A DNA stretch of 64,000 nt, taken from the NCBI GenBank assembly GCA_951406725.2, contig OX597814.1, forward strand, positions 71,114,001 to 71,178,000, read 5' to 3'. Position numbers and translations under genes: made by a program. The DNA comes from Octopus vulgaris (lineage: Eukaryota). Positions 42,491 through 57,248 of the stretch are shown in pieces (position 1 is the stretch's first letter; every line of letters begins with the position of its first letter). The notes below the pieces were generated by a model, which was given only the letters and a program-made list of their open reading frames with translations, made no database searches and had not been told where the DNA came from.

Positions 42491-42583
42491 TGCGGCCGAA
42501 GAGAGCTTTAAACTATCTTTTCTATCAATTATACACTGATGTAAGAACGGGTCGTTTATAAAGCTTGAAACACGTGCACCGCG
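42491..42583 (+). ncRNA. Type I hammerhead-like motif, CCGAAGA core, long stem II
   Basis: GCGG CCGAAGA GAGCUUUA...UAAAGCUU GAA ACACGUGC A CCGC; U16.1 is mutated. It lies at the end of a T-rich pLTR-like segment (about 41690-42710). Confidence 0.65.
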
Positions 42584-42796
42584 ATATCCTTTGTGTTCTC
42601 TTTTTGATTTTATTTGATATATTCCCTCTCACCTCTGCCACTATCTGGCATATACACATGCTTACAGTTATCAACTATTCACCCTAAATTTACAGTACCT
42701 ATTATCTATCTATATGTATATATATATATATACATATATATATACATATATACATATATACACATACATACACACACACATACACACACACACACG

Positions 42797-42886
<90 letters not shown>

Positions 42887-42990
42887 TATATATAAAGTTA
42901 ATCCAAACAAGAAAACACAGAAAAAACAGCAACGCGAGGACGTGGAACAATTAAAGTATTATTTGACGCTCAGGAAAGAAGGGAAAGAGG

Positions 42991-43025
42991 GTTTAACGTT
43001 TTGAGCGGAGCTCTTCGTCGGAAAC
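42991..43025 (-). ncRNA. Minimal Penelope-type hammerhead, degenerate
   Basis: GUUU CCGACGA A GAGC ucc GCUC AAA ACGU U AAAC; G12 is mutated. Confidence 0.6.
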
Positions 43026-43359
43026 AAGGAGAAGGAAAGATCCCAAGAAGGGAAGACAGAGGAAAAAGATATTTTTGCTGGTGGTGCTCAAGAGATCACA
43101 TGTTGAAAGAACAGAAGTTGAGAGGTAGACGAATCATGATTTTTAAAAACAAGAGAGTTTCGAAAAAAGGAATGTGTGAGTGCGTGTGTGTGTGTGTGTG
43201 CAAGGATGACAAGTGTGTTTTGCGTGCGTGCGTGTGTGTGTGTGTGTATGTATGGTGAATAAAACATGGCAAGTTAGCTGTCATAAGGCACTCCTTTATG
43301 ACAGCTAGCTTGTTTGTATCCAGCCAGGTCAAAGCCAGGTCAAAAAACAAAGGGGTATA

Positions 43360-46235
43360 TATGTGTGTGCGTGTAAGTATATGTATCATGTGTGTGTTGT
43401 TTGTAGTGTGTGTGTGTGCATGTGTGTGTTCGTGTGTGTATGCGTAGAGTGTGGGTGTGTGACGAGTAACTGTTTAACCTAGTGTATGTGTGCGTGTGTG
43501 CTTGTACGTGCGTGTGTGTGTGTAGGGATGTATGTGTGGGTTCATTTGTGTGAGTGTGTATGTATGTACGTGTATGTGTGTGCATGTATGTGTGCGTTTG
43601 TATGTGTTTATGTGTATGTGTGCGTGCGCGGATAGGTGTATATTGTGTATGTATATCTGTCGGTGTGTGAGTTTGTGTGTGTTTGTACGTGTGTATGTGT
43701 GTGTGCGTGTATAGTATATATATATGTAAATGTGTGTGTACGTGCGTGCGAGTGAATGTATGTATATATGTGTGCGTGTGTGTACAATGTAGAGGCTTAT
43801 ATGTGTGTTTATATGTTTATATGTGTGTATGTATGTATGGGTGTATGTGTGTATGTGTGTGTATGTGTATGTATGTATATGTATGCGTGTGTGTATGTAT
43901 GTGTGTATGTGTGTGTATGTGTGTATGTATGCGTGTGTGTATGTGTGTATGTGTGTGTGTATGTATATGTATGTATGTATGTATGTATGTGTGTGTATGT
44001 ATGTGTGTGTGTATGTATGTATGTACGTACGTATGTATGTATGTGTGTGTATGTGTGTAAGTGTGTGTGTGTATGTATGTATGTATGTATGTACGTATGT
44101 GTGTATGTATGTATTTATGCATGCGTGTATGTGTGTATGTGCGTGTGTGTACGTATGCATGTATATGTATGTGTGTGTATGTATGTATCTATGTATGTAG
44201 TGTATGTATGTGTGTGTATGTATGTATGTATGTCTGCATGCGTGTATGTGTGTATGTGTGTGTGTGTATAAATATATATGTGTGTGTGTATGTGTATATA
44301 TGTGTGTATGTATGTGCGTATGTATGTATGTATCTATGTGTGTGTATGTGTGTGTGTGTGTGTATGTGTGTGTATGTATGTATGTATGTGTGTGTATGTA
44401 TGTGTGTAAGTGTGTGTGTGTGTATCTACGTATGTATGTACGTGTGTGTGTATGTATGTGTGTGTATGTATGTATGTGTGCGTGCGTGTGTGTGTATGTG
44501 TGTGTGTATGTGTGTATGTATGTATTTTATGTATGTTTGTGTATGTATGTATCTATGTATGTATGTGGGTATGTATGTGTGTATATATGTATGTATGTGT
44601 GTATGTGTATGTATGTATATGTATGCGTGTGTATATGTATGTATGTGTGTATGTGTGTAAGTATGTATGTATGTATGTATGTATGTGTGTGTATGTGTGT
44701 GTATGTATGTACGGGTGTATGTGTGTAAGTGTGTGTGTGTATGTGTATGTGTATGTATGTATATATATGTACGCGTGTGTGTATGTATGTATGTGTGTAT
44801 GTGTATGTGTGTATAGTATGTATGTGTATGTATGTATGTGTGCATGCGTGTATGTGTGCATGTGTGTGTGCATGTGTGTATATGTATGTATATGTATGTG
44901 TGTGTGTATGTATATATGTGTCTATGTATGTATGTGTGTATGTATGTGTGTATGTATGTGTGTGTGCATGTATGTATGTATGTATGTGTGTATGTATGTG
45001 TGTATGTATGTGTGTGTGCATGTATGTATGTATGTATGTGTGTATGTATGTGTGTATGTATGTGTGTGTGCATGTATGTATGTGTGTATGTGTGTGTGTA
45101 TGTATGTATATGTATGCGTGTGTGTATGTAAGTATGTGTGTATGTATGTATGTATGTATGTATGTGTGTGTATGTCTGTGTCTATGTATGTATGTATGTG
45201 TGTGTGTATGTATGTGTGTATGTATGTATGTAAGTGTGTGTGTGTATGTATGTGCGTATGTATGTGTGTGTATGTATGTGTATATATGTATGTATGTATG
45301 TGCATGCGTGTATGTGTGTATGTACGTGTGTGTACGTATGTGTGTATATGTATATGTGTGTATGTATGTATATGTATGTGTGTGTGTATGTGTGTGTGTA
45401 TGTGTGTATGTATCTATGTATGTGTGTATTCGTGTATGTGTGTGTGTGTATGTATGTATATATGTGTGTGTGTATGTGTGTATGTGTGTGTATGTGTGTA
45501 TGTGTATGTGTGTGTGTGTGTATGTTTGTGTGAGTGTGTGTGTATGTGTGTATGTATGTGTGTATGTATGTATGTATGTATGTGTGTACGTGTGTGTATG
45601 TATGTATGTATGTATGTGTGTGTATGTATGTGTGCGTGCGTGTGTGGGTATGTGTGTGTGTGTGTGTATGTGTGTATGTATATGTATGTGTGTGTATGTA
45701 TGTATGTATGTGTGTATGTATGTGTGTGTGTGAATGTATGTCCGTGTGCATATGTGTATATGTGTGTATGTATGTGTGTATGTATGTATGTGTGTGTATG
45801 TATGTGTGTGTGTGTATGTATGTATGAATGTATGTATGCGTGTATGTGTATGTATGTATGTATGTATGAATGTATCTATGTATGTATTATGTGTGTGTAC
45901 GTATGTATGTGTGTGTGTGAATGTATGCGTGTGGGGGGTTGGAGTTGTGTGGGCGTAAGGTACATGCGCGTGCTTGTGTGCGTGTGTGCGCTTTCGTGCG
46001 TGTATCTGTGCGTCTCAGCTAGGTGTGTATAGGAGTGTGCGTATCTGCATGTGTATTGTCCCTGGTGTGTGTGCACGGGCATGTGTGTGTGTGCGCGTGG
46101 GGGTGTGGGTGTGTGGGTGGGTGTATAGGTGTGGAAGTATGTGTGCGTACATGTGCATGTACGTTGTGTGTGTGTGGTGTGTTGGGAGTAGGTGTGTTCG
46201 TGGGTACGTGAGTATGTGTGTGTGTGTGACTGCAT
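43360..46235. repeat. About 2.9-kb cryptic (GT/GTAT/AT)n purine-pyrimidine tract
   Basis: Direct reading. Confidence 0.95.
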
Positions 46236-47259
46236 AAGGACAATTATAAAAATAAAAAAATATTTAAAAAAAATAAATAATAATTAATAAATAATAAATA
46301 AAAAATAAAAAATAAAAAATAAAAGATGCTGGTGGGGAGAAGTGGAGCGCAGTCACTAAGAGGAGGGGGTTGTGTTGAGTCCGTGTGGGGTTAGAGTCTG
46401 TAGAAGGAATATGAGCCGTTGCTCCAAGTGAAGCCTAGATTGTGGAGAGCCGTTGTGTGGGGCAAGACCAAACACCGAGATGTCATCGGGGGAATGGCTG
46501 GCCGAGCGGAAGTGACGTGCGACGGGAGAATGGAACCGTAGACGAACATCCCTCAGATGTTCGGCGAATCGGTCTGACAACCGGCGTCCCGTCTGTCCTA
46601 TATACAGCATTCCGCAGAGGTTGCATTTAATGTAGTATATGAGTCCAGACGAGGTGCACGTAAAAGAATGCCTGACACGTACAGTTCGCCGGTTGGAACC
46701 GGTGACAGCAGTGGTGTTGGTGATGAAGGGGCAGGTGTTGCAGCGGGATCTGGAGCACGGGAAGGATCCGAGTGGGGCCGAGGGGGAAGAAGGGAGGGTG
46801 CTACGGACCAGGAGGTCGCGTAGATTCCGGGCTCGTTTGATGGAGGACAGGGGTGGGTTGGGGAAAATGGGGTGGGTCGTGGAATCGAGCTGGAGACGAC
46901 GGAAGGCACGAAGTATCTTCCGACGAAGCGGTAGAGTAGAGGGGTGGAAAGGGAGGGGAAAGGGGGTGCGGTTGGGGGGTGATTGGAAGGAGAAAGGCCG
47001 GTGGTGCGGTCGATGCGACGAGCGCGGGCGAGGGCGTTCAAGACCAGGGTAGGTGGGTATCCTCGAAGCCTGAACAGGCGGGCCAGGTATTAAGACTGGG
47101 TCTCGAAATCCTGGTCGCGGATATATATATATATATATATATTAATTTAAATTAACAATTGAGGATAAAATCTTTAAAAGAAATTATCAGTAGTCAGCGT
47201 GAAAAACCTCGTAAGAGAAAAAATCCGTAAATTCTTCCTCTTTGAAAATATTCATTTAT

Positions 47260-47797
47260 ATTATATTGAGGGTACTACTATTCGTAGATACCAACACGCT
47301 AAGAGGGACCAATGCGGTCAAAACTACTAAAAATAAACAAAATTTTACCGAATGCAAAACTTCAAAACACATCATTTTAAAAAAGAATTCAGTTACATAT
47401 CACATGTGATTTCGCATTTAATGCAGAATATGCATTTCATGTTCGTCAGTGCAACAAACTCAAGAAATATAAGAAAAAACAACATTACAAACTCGATAGC
47501 CAACTGTAGAATTCGTCGTAGCTTGTATGAATGTTTATCCTTACATATCTATGAAAATGGCGGGCTTTTTCGCAATGCATTTCGGTAACAAATTACCTAG
47601 TCGGAATAAAAATTCAGTATTGAACTATTCCGGTGAAAAATATAAATCACATGTGATATGTAACTGAATTCTTTTTTAAAATGATGTGTTTTGAAGTTTT
47701 GCATTCGGTAAAATTTTGTTTATTTTTAGTAGTTTTGACCGCATTGGTCCCTCTTAGCGTGTTGGTATCTATGAATAGAAGTACCCTCAATATAATA
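47260..47797. repeat. About 150-bp inverted repeat of an HHR-bearing unit in (TA)n
   Basis: 47260-47412 is the reverse complement of 47645-47797. Confidence 0.9.
47392..47455 (-). ncRNA. Type I hammerhead
   Basis: GUUGCA CUGACGA ACAU...AUGC GAA AUCACAUGUGAU A UGUAAC. Confidence 0.7.
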
Positions 47798-47804
47798 TTA
47801 AAAA

Positions 47805-47838
<34 letters not shown>

Positions 47839-48079
47839 CTATCAGAATTGCTTAATACTTTTTTGAAGTGTAAAGGTGATTACTTTTTAAAATTATTTTT
47901 GGGAGAAATGTTATGAAATCTTTTATTAGGGTGTTACAAACCTTTTTGGGGAAGTTTTTTTTCTTTTTACTTGTGTGTCAAACACACTTATAGAGGAAAA
48001 TGGTAGCGGTAGTATAAATTATTTCCGGTTTATTTTCTAACTTATGGTTTTAGTCATAAATATTTTTTTACCATTGTTG

Positions 48080-48820
48080 GATTGTTTGCTATTTTTGGCT
48101 TAATTTTGGATTTAGAATTCTTATCGAGTATTTTTCTTTTGCCTTTTCCAGTTGATCATTTTGTAAAATGGCAATATTTTAAATTTTCCATTTGCACAGA
48201 TATCTAGATGCTCACTTCATGGAACATTCCTAAGAGTGAATCCCTAATTTATTGTTTTACACGGCTGGTCAGTTTCCTTCCTGCCTCCCCAAAGTAGATT
48301 TTATAGATTTTATTGCATTGTGGGTATGTGATGTAGTAGATGAGGTTTTTGTTTTGCAATTCATGTTTACATTCACTTTTAATTCCTTCCCATTCTTGGA
48401 TCTTTTGGTTGTCCCTTACTCGATTAATAAGCATGTCCCATAACAGGCGTCTCCACAGTTGGTTACTTGCATCGTTTCTTTTTCAAATGTGTATCGTGCC
48501 TATGTTAGGAGTCTCTTGAGGTTAGGTGGTTTTATTCGATTGTTGATAATTTGTGATTTGTTAATTTTGGGGTGGAGATTTGATGATTGATGTATAATTG
48601 GGAGGTATCGCTTGGCTGAGTGCAGGATGTTGTGGTTTCTAGTATTGTGGATGAATACAAATGGAACATATGCTTTTGTAGTTTTTTCACACCTAGCCTG
48701 AGTGTTTCTCCGTGAGGTAGAGATCGAGATTTTTTGGTTTTGTTATGGCATGTTGAATTAACTTGGGATATTTTTGTTTCTGAAGGAATATATTAAGTTC
48801 TGCCAGTCGTTTTGACAAAT
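48080..48820 (-). mobile_element. Decayed Penelope-like thumb plus GIY-YIG fragment
   Basis: KRLAELNIFLQKQKYPKLIQHAI and NKNLIYYITYPQCNK..YFGEAGRKLTSRVKQ. Confidence 0.7.
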
Positions 48821-48825
48821 ACATA

Positions 48826-48910
<85 letters not shown>

Positions 48911-50097
48911 TTGTATATATGAATTTGCTGACGACGACATAGTTCTGGTGACAAACACAGTGAGGGAGGCAAAGTAGTTGATGCATGTAAAATATAAAGT
49001 AATCCAAAAAAAAGCAGTAATAGACAATGTCGGTGAGTGTGGGGATGAAAATGAATGAAATTAAGATGAAGTATCTGGTAGAGAACATTTAGAAGCCAGA
49101 GTGTACATATATGATTATTTAGTCGAAACAATATAATAATGATAGTTGGAATAGCGTAAATAATTTTGACGTTTTTCACCGATTTTTTTATATAGGTAAG
49201 ACATCGATATTTTGTTAAACATACTGAATTCCGATGAGAATTTTAACAATCACCGATTCACTTTAATTATATTCATGAATTATAATTATAATCCAAAGTC
49301 ATATTCTTGGATATGTTATATTCTTGTTAGAAACAAAACTCACAAAAAAGTTTAACAAAGTTTAGTCTCATTTACAACAACTAAGAAAATGTATATACAG
49401 TTAAAGTATAGCATGTGTTAATATATGGTTAAAGTTACTTCTTTGCCTATTCATTTACTTCTAACCCACAAGTTGGATATAGGAGAATGAAAAGAAATAA
49501 CTTCCATAGTCAGAGAAGAAAAAACTTCGAAATATCGTAATGTTGTTCTATTTAAAGCCGGCAATGAAAGAATGATTTCTACCCTACTTTATCAACATAA
49601 TCAAAAAACAATGATTGCAACAACTAAAAGTAAAACATAAATGTCAACTTTGATTGAGAATAGATGTAGTTACAACATACAGGTTACTTTGGTGAGAGTT
49701 CAAGTGTATAAGGTACAAGGCATAAGGTCAGTCTAAACAGCCTTTGAATATCGCATTGTATCACTCGGCCAACACCTGCTGAATAGTAAAGAAAGAAATT
49801 AGTATATTCCACGCATACTCAAATGTGAGAGCAACAACATCTTCAGAGTTGGAGAACTACTGCGCAGGTACTCTGAGAATACAACTGTCTCATACGACCT
49901 GAAGGAGGCTGGATTGGAAGCTTAGAGGAGAAGCAGGCATCATACCAAAAAAATCAATGCATGGGTACATAACCAATAAGCTATACGGCAACAACAGCAT
50001 TGACAGGAAGAGTAGCCTCTCCTGGACCTGTTTTTGCGAACGATCAACCTTAATGTAGACATGCGCTATATATCTATACACTCTGTTTGTTAGACAA

Positions 50098-50560
50098 TGG
50101 AAGACAAGGATTTTAATGAGCTGCATATTCGGTATTGCATGTTCCACAAATTTTATAAGAGCAACAGGGCAACAAGTGTAAGAGAAAAACATACGTAGTA
50201 TATCTCCCGATGGTGTGAGTGTTCGGAAAAATCAAAAGTGGCTTAACAAATTTAAAAACAGTGATTTCGAATTGTTTCGATGGGTATCAATCAAGACCAA
50301 CAGTTCTCAATAATTTGAAGAGGATCCACATCAAAGTATCAAGGACTTATGGCGACTTAATAAATCTCGGTTCACAGTACAAGATCATTTCAGATAAGAA
50401 GAAAATAATATGTTCGACAATTTGCTAAACAGGAATGAAAGAAACACCTTTTCTGAATTGAATTGCCAACAATAAACATATTGCCAAATGAAAGTCCAGT
50501 TTCAGCACCCAAACCAGATCTACACCCAAAGAAAATTTTGTTATACATTTGGTGCACGAT
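50098..50560 (+). mobile_element. Mariner N-terminal HTH remnant
   Basis: MEDKDFNELHIRYCMFHKFYKSNRAT...PDGVSVRKNQKWLNKFKNSDFEL. Confidence 0.65.
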
Positions 50561-52169
50561 AATTGTGTGTGCGTGTATGTGTGTATGCATGCACGCGCGC
50601 GCGCGCATATATACATTCATACGTGTGTATTAAATTTTTGAAATTAATATTATTACAACTTCTAGAGTAGTGTTTCCTTTAATTTCCATAGCAACTTAGC
50701 AACTTTTGTTAGTGTATTGGTGTTCTTCAGTTTTCTATAGCAGGATCTATAATTGCATGTGCATAGAACAAGAGAACAATGAATGGAAGTCTCACTTATT
50801 CAATGAAAACGTTTAAAGTATGAGTTTACGAGAATATCTTTGTTGTACGCTCGTCAACGTGTAGATATGCTTTCAAACATCCAAATATTTCCAAGATTTC
50901 CATCTAAAGACGTTGAGTCACTTGCAACAGACTTGCGTCGATACATCCATTACGCACCATGCATGTATATACTCATGTGGGAAGGTATATAAATATAGAT
51001 GCATACATTTATTGGTATGTAAGCATATGCAGTTTTCTTGAAATAACCAGATAAAAACAAATACTACAATAACAATACAGTTATAAAATTGCACCCATGT
51101 AAAGATTTTAAGAAAGAAAACCTTAGACTAAGCAATTCATTTCTAGCTTATATCGTTTAAATATGTTTTATGTTTAAGTTGTTGAACCAAATTTCTGTTA
51201 ATTTTTAATATAACAATAAAAATTCATTCATAATACTTGCCTAATTTTTAATGAATTGTTTTTAATCATTTTTATTTTATAGATTTATATTTTTGAAAGT
51301 CTAGAAAATGTTTTAATCCATTTAAAAAAAAAACATTTTGATTTTGTCGTTGAAACAGTGGTGGCTGATGTCGGTTTAACATGGATGCTGATGATAGTGG
51401 TGGTGGTGGTGGTGGTGGTGAAAATTATGGTACTGTTACTGGCTTTACTTCCTTAGTAATTTATTAGGATATCAATTCAAATTGCAAACCAATTGAAAAT
51501 TAATTGTTTAAGCTGATAAAATCGTCTTTATAGCCCACTAGTGTCCCTGGAAATGGGATTTTTTAAAAATAATTATAGATTTATTTGGAAAAACTGGATT
51601 CGCGTAGAACATAAGAACGAGATGTTTCATATTTTTAAAAAATAGCAAATTTAATCAAAATATTTCATTGGAGATTTTTAGTTGTTCCAATTATAAATTG
51701 AGATTGTGTTATAGAGCTTCTCAAATGAAAACATGACCTGGCCCTCTGGCTCATTCGACGAGAGAAGTTTCAAAACAAATATCTATTGGAAAGGCAATAT
51801 GAAGAAAGGGTTAAGTTTAAAGAAAAAATGAAATAAACAAGATTTCTTGTTAGATATTTAAAGAATGTTATCGTTCGATGAATATAGGATTCGGGTATAT
51901 GAAGTGAATTGTTCAGCGTTTTGAAGTATTGAAGCTAACTCCCAGAAATCATTGTTTCCTTGAGCATGGATATGCGAACGACGGTTTGGTTAACATGAAG
52001 AAAAGACAATATTTTATTTGCTTTGCCTTTTGCATTTAGTTTTAGTTAATAACTGAAATGTTACCAATATAAAAAATAATATCTAAAAATGCAGAAGAAT
52101 GCCGAATTATGAACGTTAAAGAGGAGTAAAGAATGCATCATCTGTATATATATGTGTGTGTGTATGTGT

Positions 52170-52238
<69 letters not shown>

Positions 52239-52239
<1 letters not shown>

Positions 52240-54223
52240 AATGGTGGGCACGGTTCCACTAATCTTCTGACAGCTAATTAGCAAAGCTAACTTCTCGTTT
52301 AGCGGATTAGCATTTTCGCTAACTTTGGAAACCGTTAGCAGGCCAAATAGCTTCCGCTAAATTTAGTTCCGCTAACTTTAAGTCCGCTGACAAAATTCAT
52401 ACGTTTGTTCCTGTCTGTTGTGGGCGTGTCTCGAAGAGTCCGTCATGTACGCTATTGGCTGACTACGTAAACACGTGATTGGTCGACGTAGCAGCAGCTA
52501 GCTGAGCAGCATTGTGTAATTCTACAGTTTTTAGTTATGTTTACTTACGACAGTTTTTAGTTATGTTTACTTACAGTGTCAGCGACAGCAGTGTACATCA
52601 TCGGCTTATCAAGTTATCGCTTATCGTTATGGAAGGTGAAGACGTTTTTCTTTGGCCTGAGGATGAAGGGCTTTTGAGGAGTCTGCAATGACTGTGAGTG
52701 AGGCAGAGGTCGCTCAGGTTGAGAGCCAGAACTTGTGGCCCCATAAGGAGGACTACTTTGTCCTTACGTAAAGGGATTAGAGGAACGCCAAAATCCTGTA
52801 CTTCCGGTGCGTCATGTGCCAGCCCAAGGAGTTCACCATCAAGGGACAAGCGGCGAGTCTTTACAACTTGAAGTCACATGTCAAGAAGAAACACCCAGCG
52901 CATGCCAGTTTGAAGACAGGATCATGTCCGGGTCTTCTAGTGGAAAACACATACAATCTTCTGGTAGCAGTGCCAGTAGCCAGTCGTCGCAGCCATGTAC
53001 AAAGGAAGCCCGCCAGCCCAGCATTGGTAAGGCCTTTGCCCAAACTGCTGGCACTGGCGTTCGTCAGTCTACTGTGGACAGAAGGATTGTAGACCTATTT
53101 GCAGACAACATGCTACCGCCGCATGTAGTGGAGTCCTCCACCTTGGTCGGCTTGATCAAGACACTGAACCCCAGCAAGACGTCAGTGTCCCGCCACACTC
53201 TGGGCAGGATGATCTTGGCCAGCCATAAACAGCTGGAGAAGTATCTTACAAGGTATTTATAAATCTAAATTATACAGGATTATTAAATTATCATGGCGTA
53301 CTTCATATTTTCTTAATTTAATTATATATATATTCCACTCATGATTAAGTCTGCACAGCCAAAACAGCAACCTTTTATGAAATAACGAATAAACGAACCT
53401 TAAGTTCTGAACTTATCAAATTCCGACCATCATTTCATCCCTTATCGCAGTTATTCATCACCCTAACGTGTCACCTATCAGGTGTCACTATTTTTAGTGT
53501 CACTATTTTCAAAAGTTTAATAACAAGGCTTTAAATTATAAGCAATATTTCCATGAATTTTTAACAACAAATGTTAAACTACAATCTGTGTGATTTCTAT
53601 AAACAGAATATGGTTATAAGATACTGCGATCAAATGTCCTGCCACATTCCTATCCGTGAAAAATTGTGCAAACCACATGCTCACAAAAACCATTGCAGCC
53701 TGCATGGGGATGCGGATGAGAGGCTAGTTTGTTTGTTTTCTTTTTTTTTTGTTTTTTGACATAATATTCACAGGGTGAGTTGGCCTCTACCAGCTGTGAT
53801 GATACATACAAAATTAGCATGCTAATCTAATGAATCTCGCTCAGAGTGAGGAGGGTTTTCTCTCCGGTCAATACAAAGAGACCATATGCTTCTGTGGCTA
53901 AGGAGTCAACGACACCAATTTCAAGCAATGCTGGTGCTCACTGCACTTTTGTCGCTCTTAGTGACGCTGAATTATTTCTTTGCTGCTAACCACCTTGATT
54001 ATATATATATATATATATTCTTTACTTTCTTTTATTTGTTTCAGTCATTTTACTGCGGCCATGCTGGAGCACCGCCTTTATTCGAACAAATCGACCCCAG
54101 GTCTTATTCTTTGTAAGCTTAGTACTTATTCTATCGGTCACTTTTTCCGAACCGCTCAGTTACGGGGACATAAACACACCAACATCTGTTGTCAAGCGAT
54201 GTGGGGGACAAACACAAACACAC

Positions 54224-54265
<42 letters not shown>

Positions 54266-55770
54266 ACATACACACATATATAAATATATATAATTTTAAG
54301 CTTTTAACTTTACAACTTATGCCTATTGCAATTTAACATTTTTTAATTACAGAATGCTTCACAGGCCCTACTTGGGGATGACGGCACACTGATTGGACTC
54401 CAAGACCCGCACGAGACAACTCGCCGTCCTGGTCTGCTCTCGGTTCAGAGAACACCTTTGATGTTCTCGCCAAGGCCAAGAGGGACAACCATTACAAGTT
54501 CCATCTGCAAGACAAGGTGACTAGGACCATAACGAACAACGGCAAAAACTTTGTTATGGCATTGGTACTGAACGTGGATCCCGAGGCTGGGATGTGGACA
54601 AGGTTGAGTACATCTCTGCTGATGCCATCCTTGATGAGTCCAGCGGCCTGGGCCTAAACCTGCCAGTGCACATGAAGTGCGCACTCCATACCTTTAACTT
54701 GGTAGCCATCGTGGATGCCGGCAAGGCTCTTGACAGCGCTTCGTTCAAGTCGGCCTAGAGGAAGGCCATGTCCAAGGCACAGCAGCTGCGGAATCTGTAG
54801 AGTTGCAATACGGTGGCGGCAGACAGCATTCTGGACGCGTTGAAGAGGAAGCTGGTGGTTCCCAAAAGTACCAGATGGAACTCTACCAATGGCTCTGTTG
54901 TTATCCTCAACAACCTGCTGGAGGAGAATAGAGGATCTGTCCACAGGGTGATGACACAGCTGAAGCTTCAGACCTTCACTGACTCTGATGTCGGCTTCCT
55001 GATAGAGTACGCCTAGGTGATGTCTAATGTTTCCAAGGGGAGGACCAGGATTATTTCGGGAGCCTTCTGCCAACTGTAGTGGCTAACGTCATGAAGTCGA
55101 AGGAGGCCAAGTTCAAACATCTCCTATACTGCAGTCCTCTGGTATGCACGATACTGGCAGGCATGCAAGCACCACGAAAAGGTTTGGGCTCCTCCTAGAA
55201 GACCTGGTGTGCCAGCTGGCCGCTACCTTCCACGCCAAAGTTCTCCTGTTCTGGCTGGAGCAGTATAATAACGGCCAGGTTAGCAGAGTAACGAACGCCA
55301 TGGAGACCGTCGTTGAGACAGCCCTAAAGGATGAGGAAAATGATTTCTTCAGCAACATCACTCGGTTCCGGGAGAGCAGGAGCCAGAGGTTACTGAAATC
55401 CAAGGCGCAGAACTTGATAAAGACCTGGCTAGAGGCCGTCTCGAAAGAGAACCTTCTGAAGTCGCCTTTTTTTGTTGAGCAGGTCTTGATCGACCGGTTC
55501 ACCAAGTATAACACCGCCATCCCATCCAGTGCTGCAGTTGAGTGCTTATTCTCTATAGGTAAAGATATTTTGAGGGCCAAGAGAGCCATCCTGTCAGGTG
55601 ATAACTTTGAGAGATATTTATGAAGGGCAACCAGCATCACGTCGAGGCGATGGAGAAGGCCCAGTCAGAGTAGTACATCTTGATCATCATCTGATCTTGG
55701 CATGCTATACCTTTTTGATACAACATGGAAGATACAACATGGAAATTTCAGCTCTGTAAGTCTGTTTTTA
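52239..55770 (+). mobile_element. hAT (Ac-like) transposon with intron-split, decayed transposase
   Basis: Left end CAATGGTGGGCAC with GCTAA-rich subterminal repeats; BED finger (CQPK...LKSHVKKKH), YLGMTAH, CALHTFNL, PKSTRWNS and PSSAAVECLFSIGK; right TIR not found. Confidence 0.85.
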
Positions 55771-55901
55771 GGGGTTTTATAGCCCCCCACCCCCCAAAAA
55801 AAACGAAACTACAGTTCTATATTTAAGAGATGAGGAATTATGTACATTATTTACATTATTTACATTCGACGGATATTTGTCCTCATCTTGTTTGTTGTGT
55901 T

Positions 55902-55947
55902 AACACAACGTTTCGGCTGATATACCCGCCAGCCTTCTTCAGGTGTC
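55902..55947 (-). ncRNA. Minimal type I hammerhead
   Basis: GACAC CUGAAGA A GGCUG gcggguauau CAGCC GAA ACGU U GUGUU; a truncated opposite-strand copy lies at 57183-57210. Confidence 0.8.
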
Positions 55948-56027
55948 TTGGGGAAATTTCGAACATGGGTTCTCGTTCCTAAGATATTTTTCGATGTTGT
56001 TATTATTATTATTATTGTTATTATTCA

Positions 56028-56100
56028 TATAACGTTGTGGTTAAGAGCGCGGGCTTCTAACCCCAAGATTCCGAGTTCGATTCCCAAGCAGTGACCTGAA
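56028..56100 (+). mobile_element. tRNA-like SINE head
   Basis: A-box-like TAACGTTGTGGTTAAG and B-box GAGTTCGATTCCC. Confidence 0.65.
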
Positions 56101-56107
56101 CAATAAC

Positions 56108-57061
<954 letters not shown>

Positions 57062-57065
57062 TAAT

Positions 57066-57135
<70 letters not shown>

Positions 57136-57203
57136 TTAAAAAATACCTTAGGAATGAGAACGCAGGTTCGAAATTTCCCCAAGACACCTGAAGAAGACTG
57201 GAG

Positions 57204-57248
<45 letters not shown>

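Larger units (their letters stand above)
42895..47120 (-). mobile_element. Penelope-like element 3' part (RT thumb, GIY-YIG, microsatellite-filled UTR, HHR)
   Basis: LFRLRGYPPTLVLNALARAR; CNTCPFI...LIYYIKCNLCGMLYIGQTGRRLSDRFAEH...EQRLIFLLQTLTPHGLN (46356-47110); minimal HHR at 42991-43025. Confidence 0.75.

Noticed and set aside
43096-46243. Long ORFs of V/C/M/Y or H/T/Y/I
   Set aside because: Translations of stop-free microsatellite in all frames.
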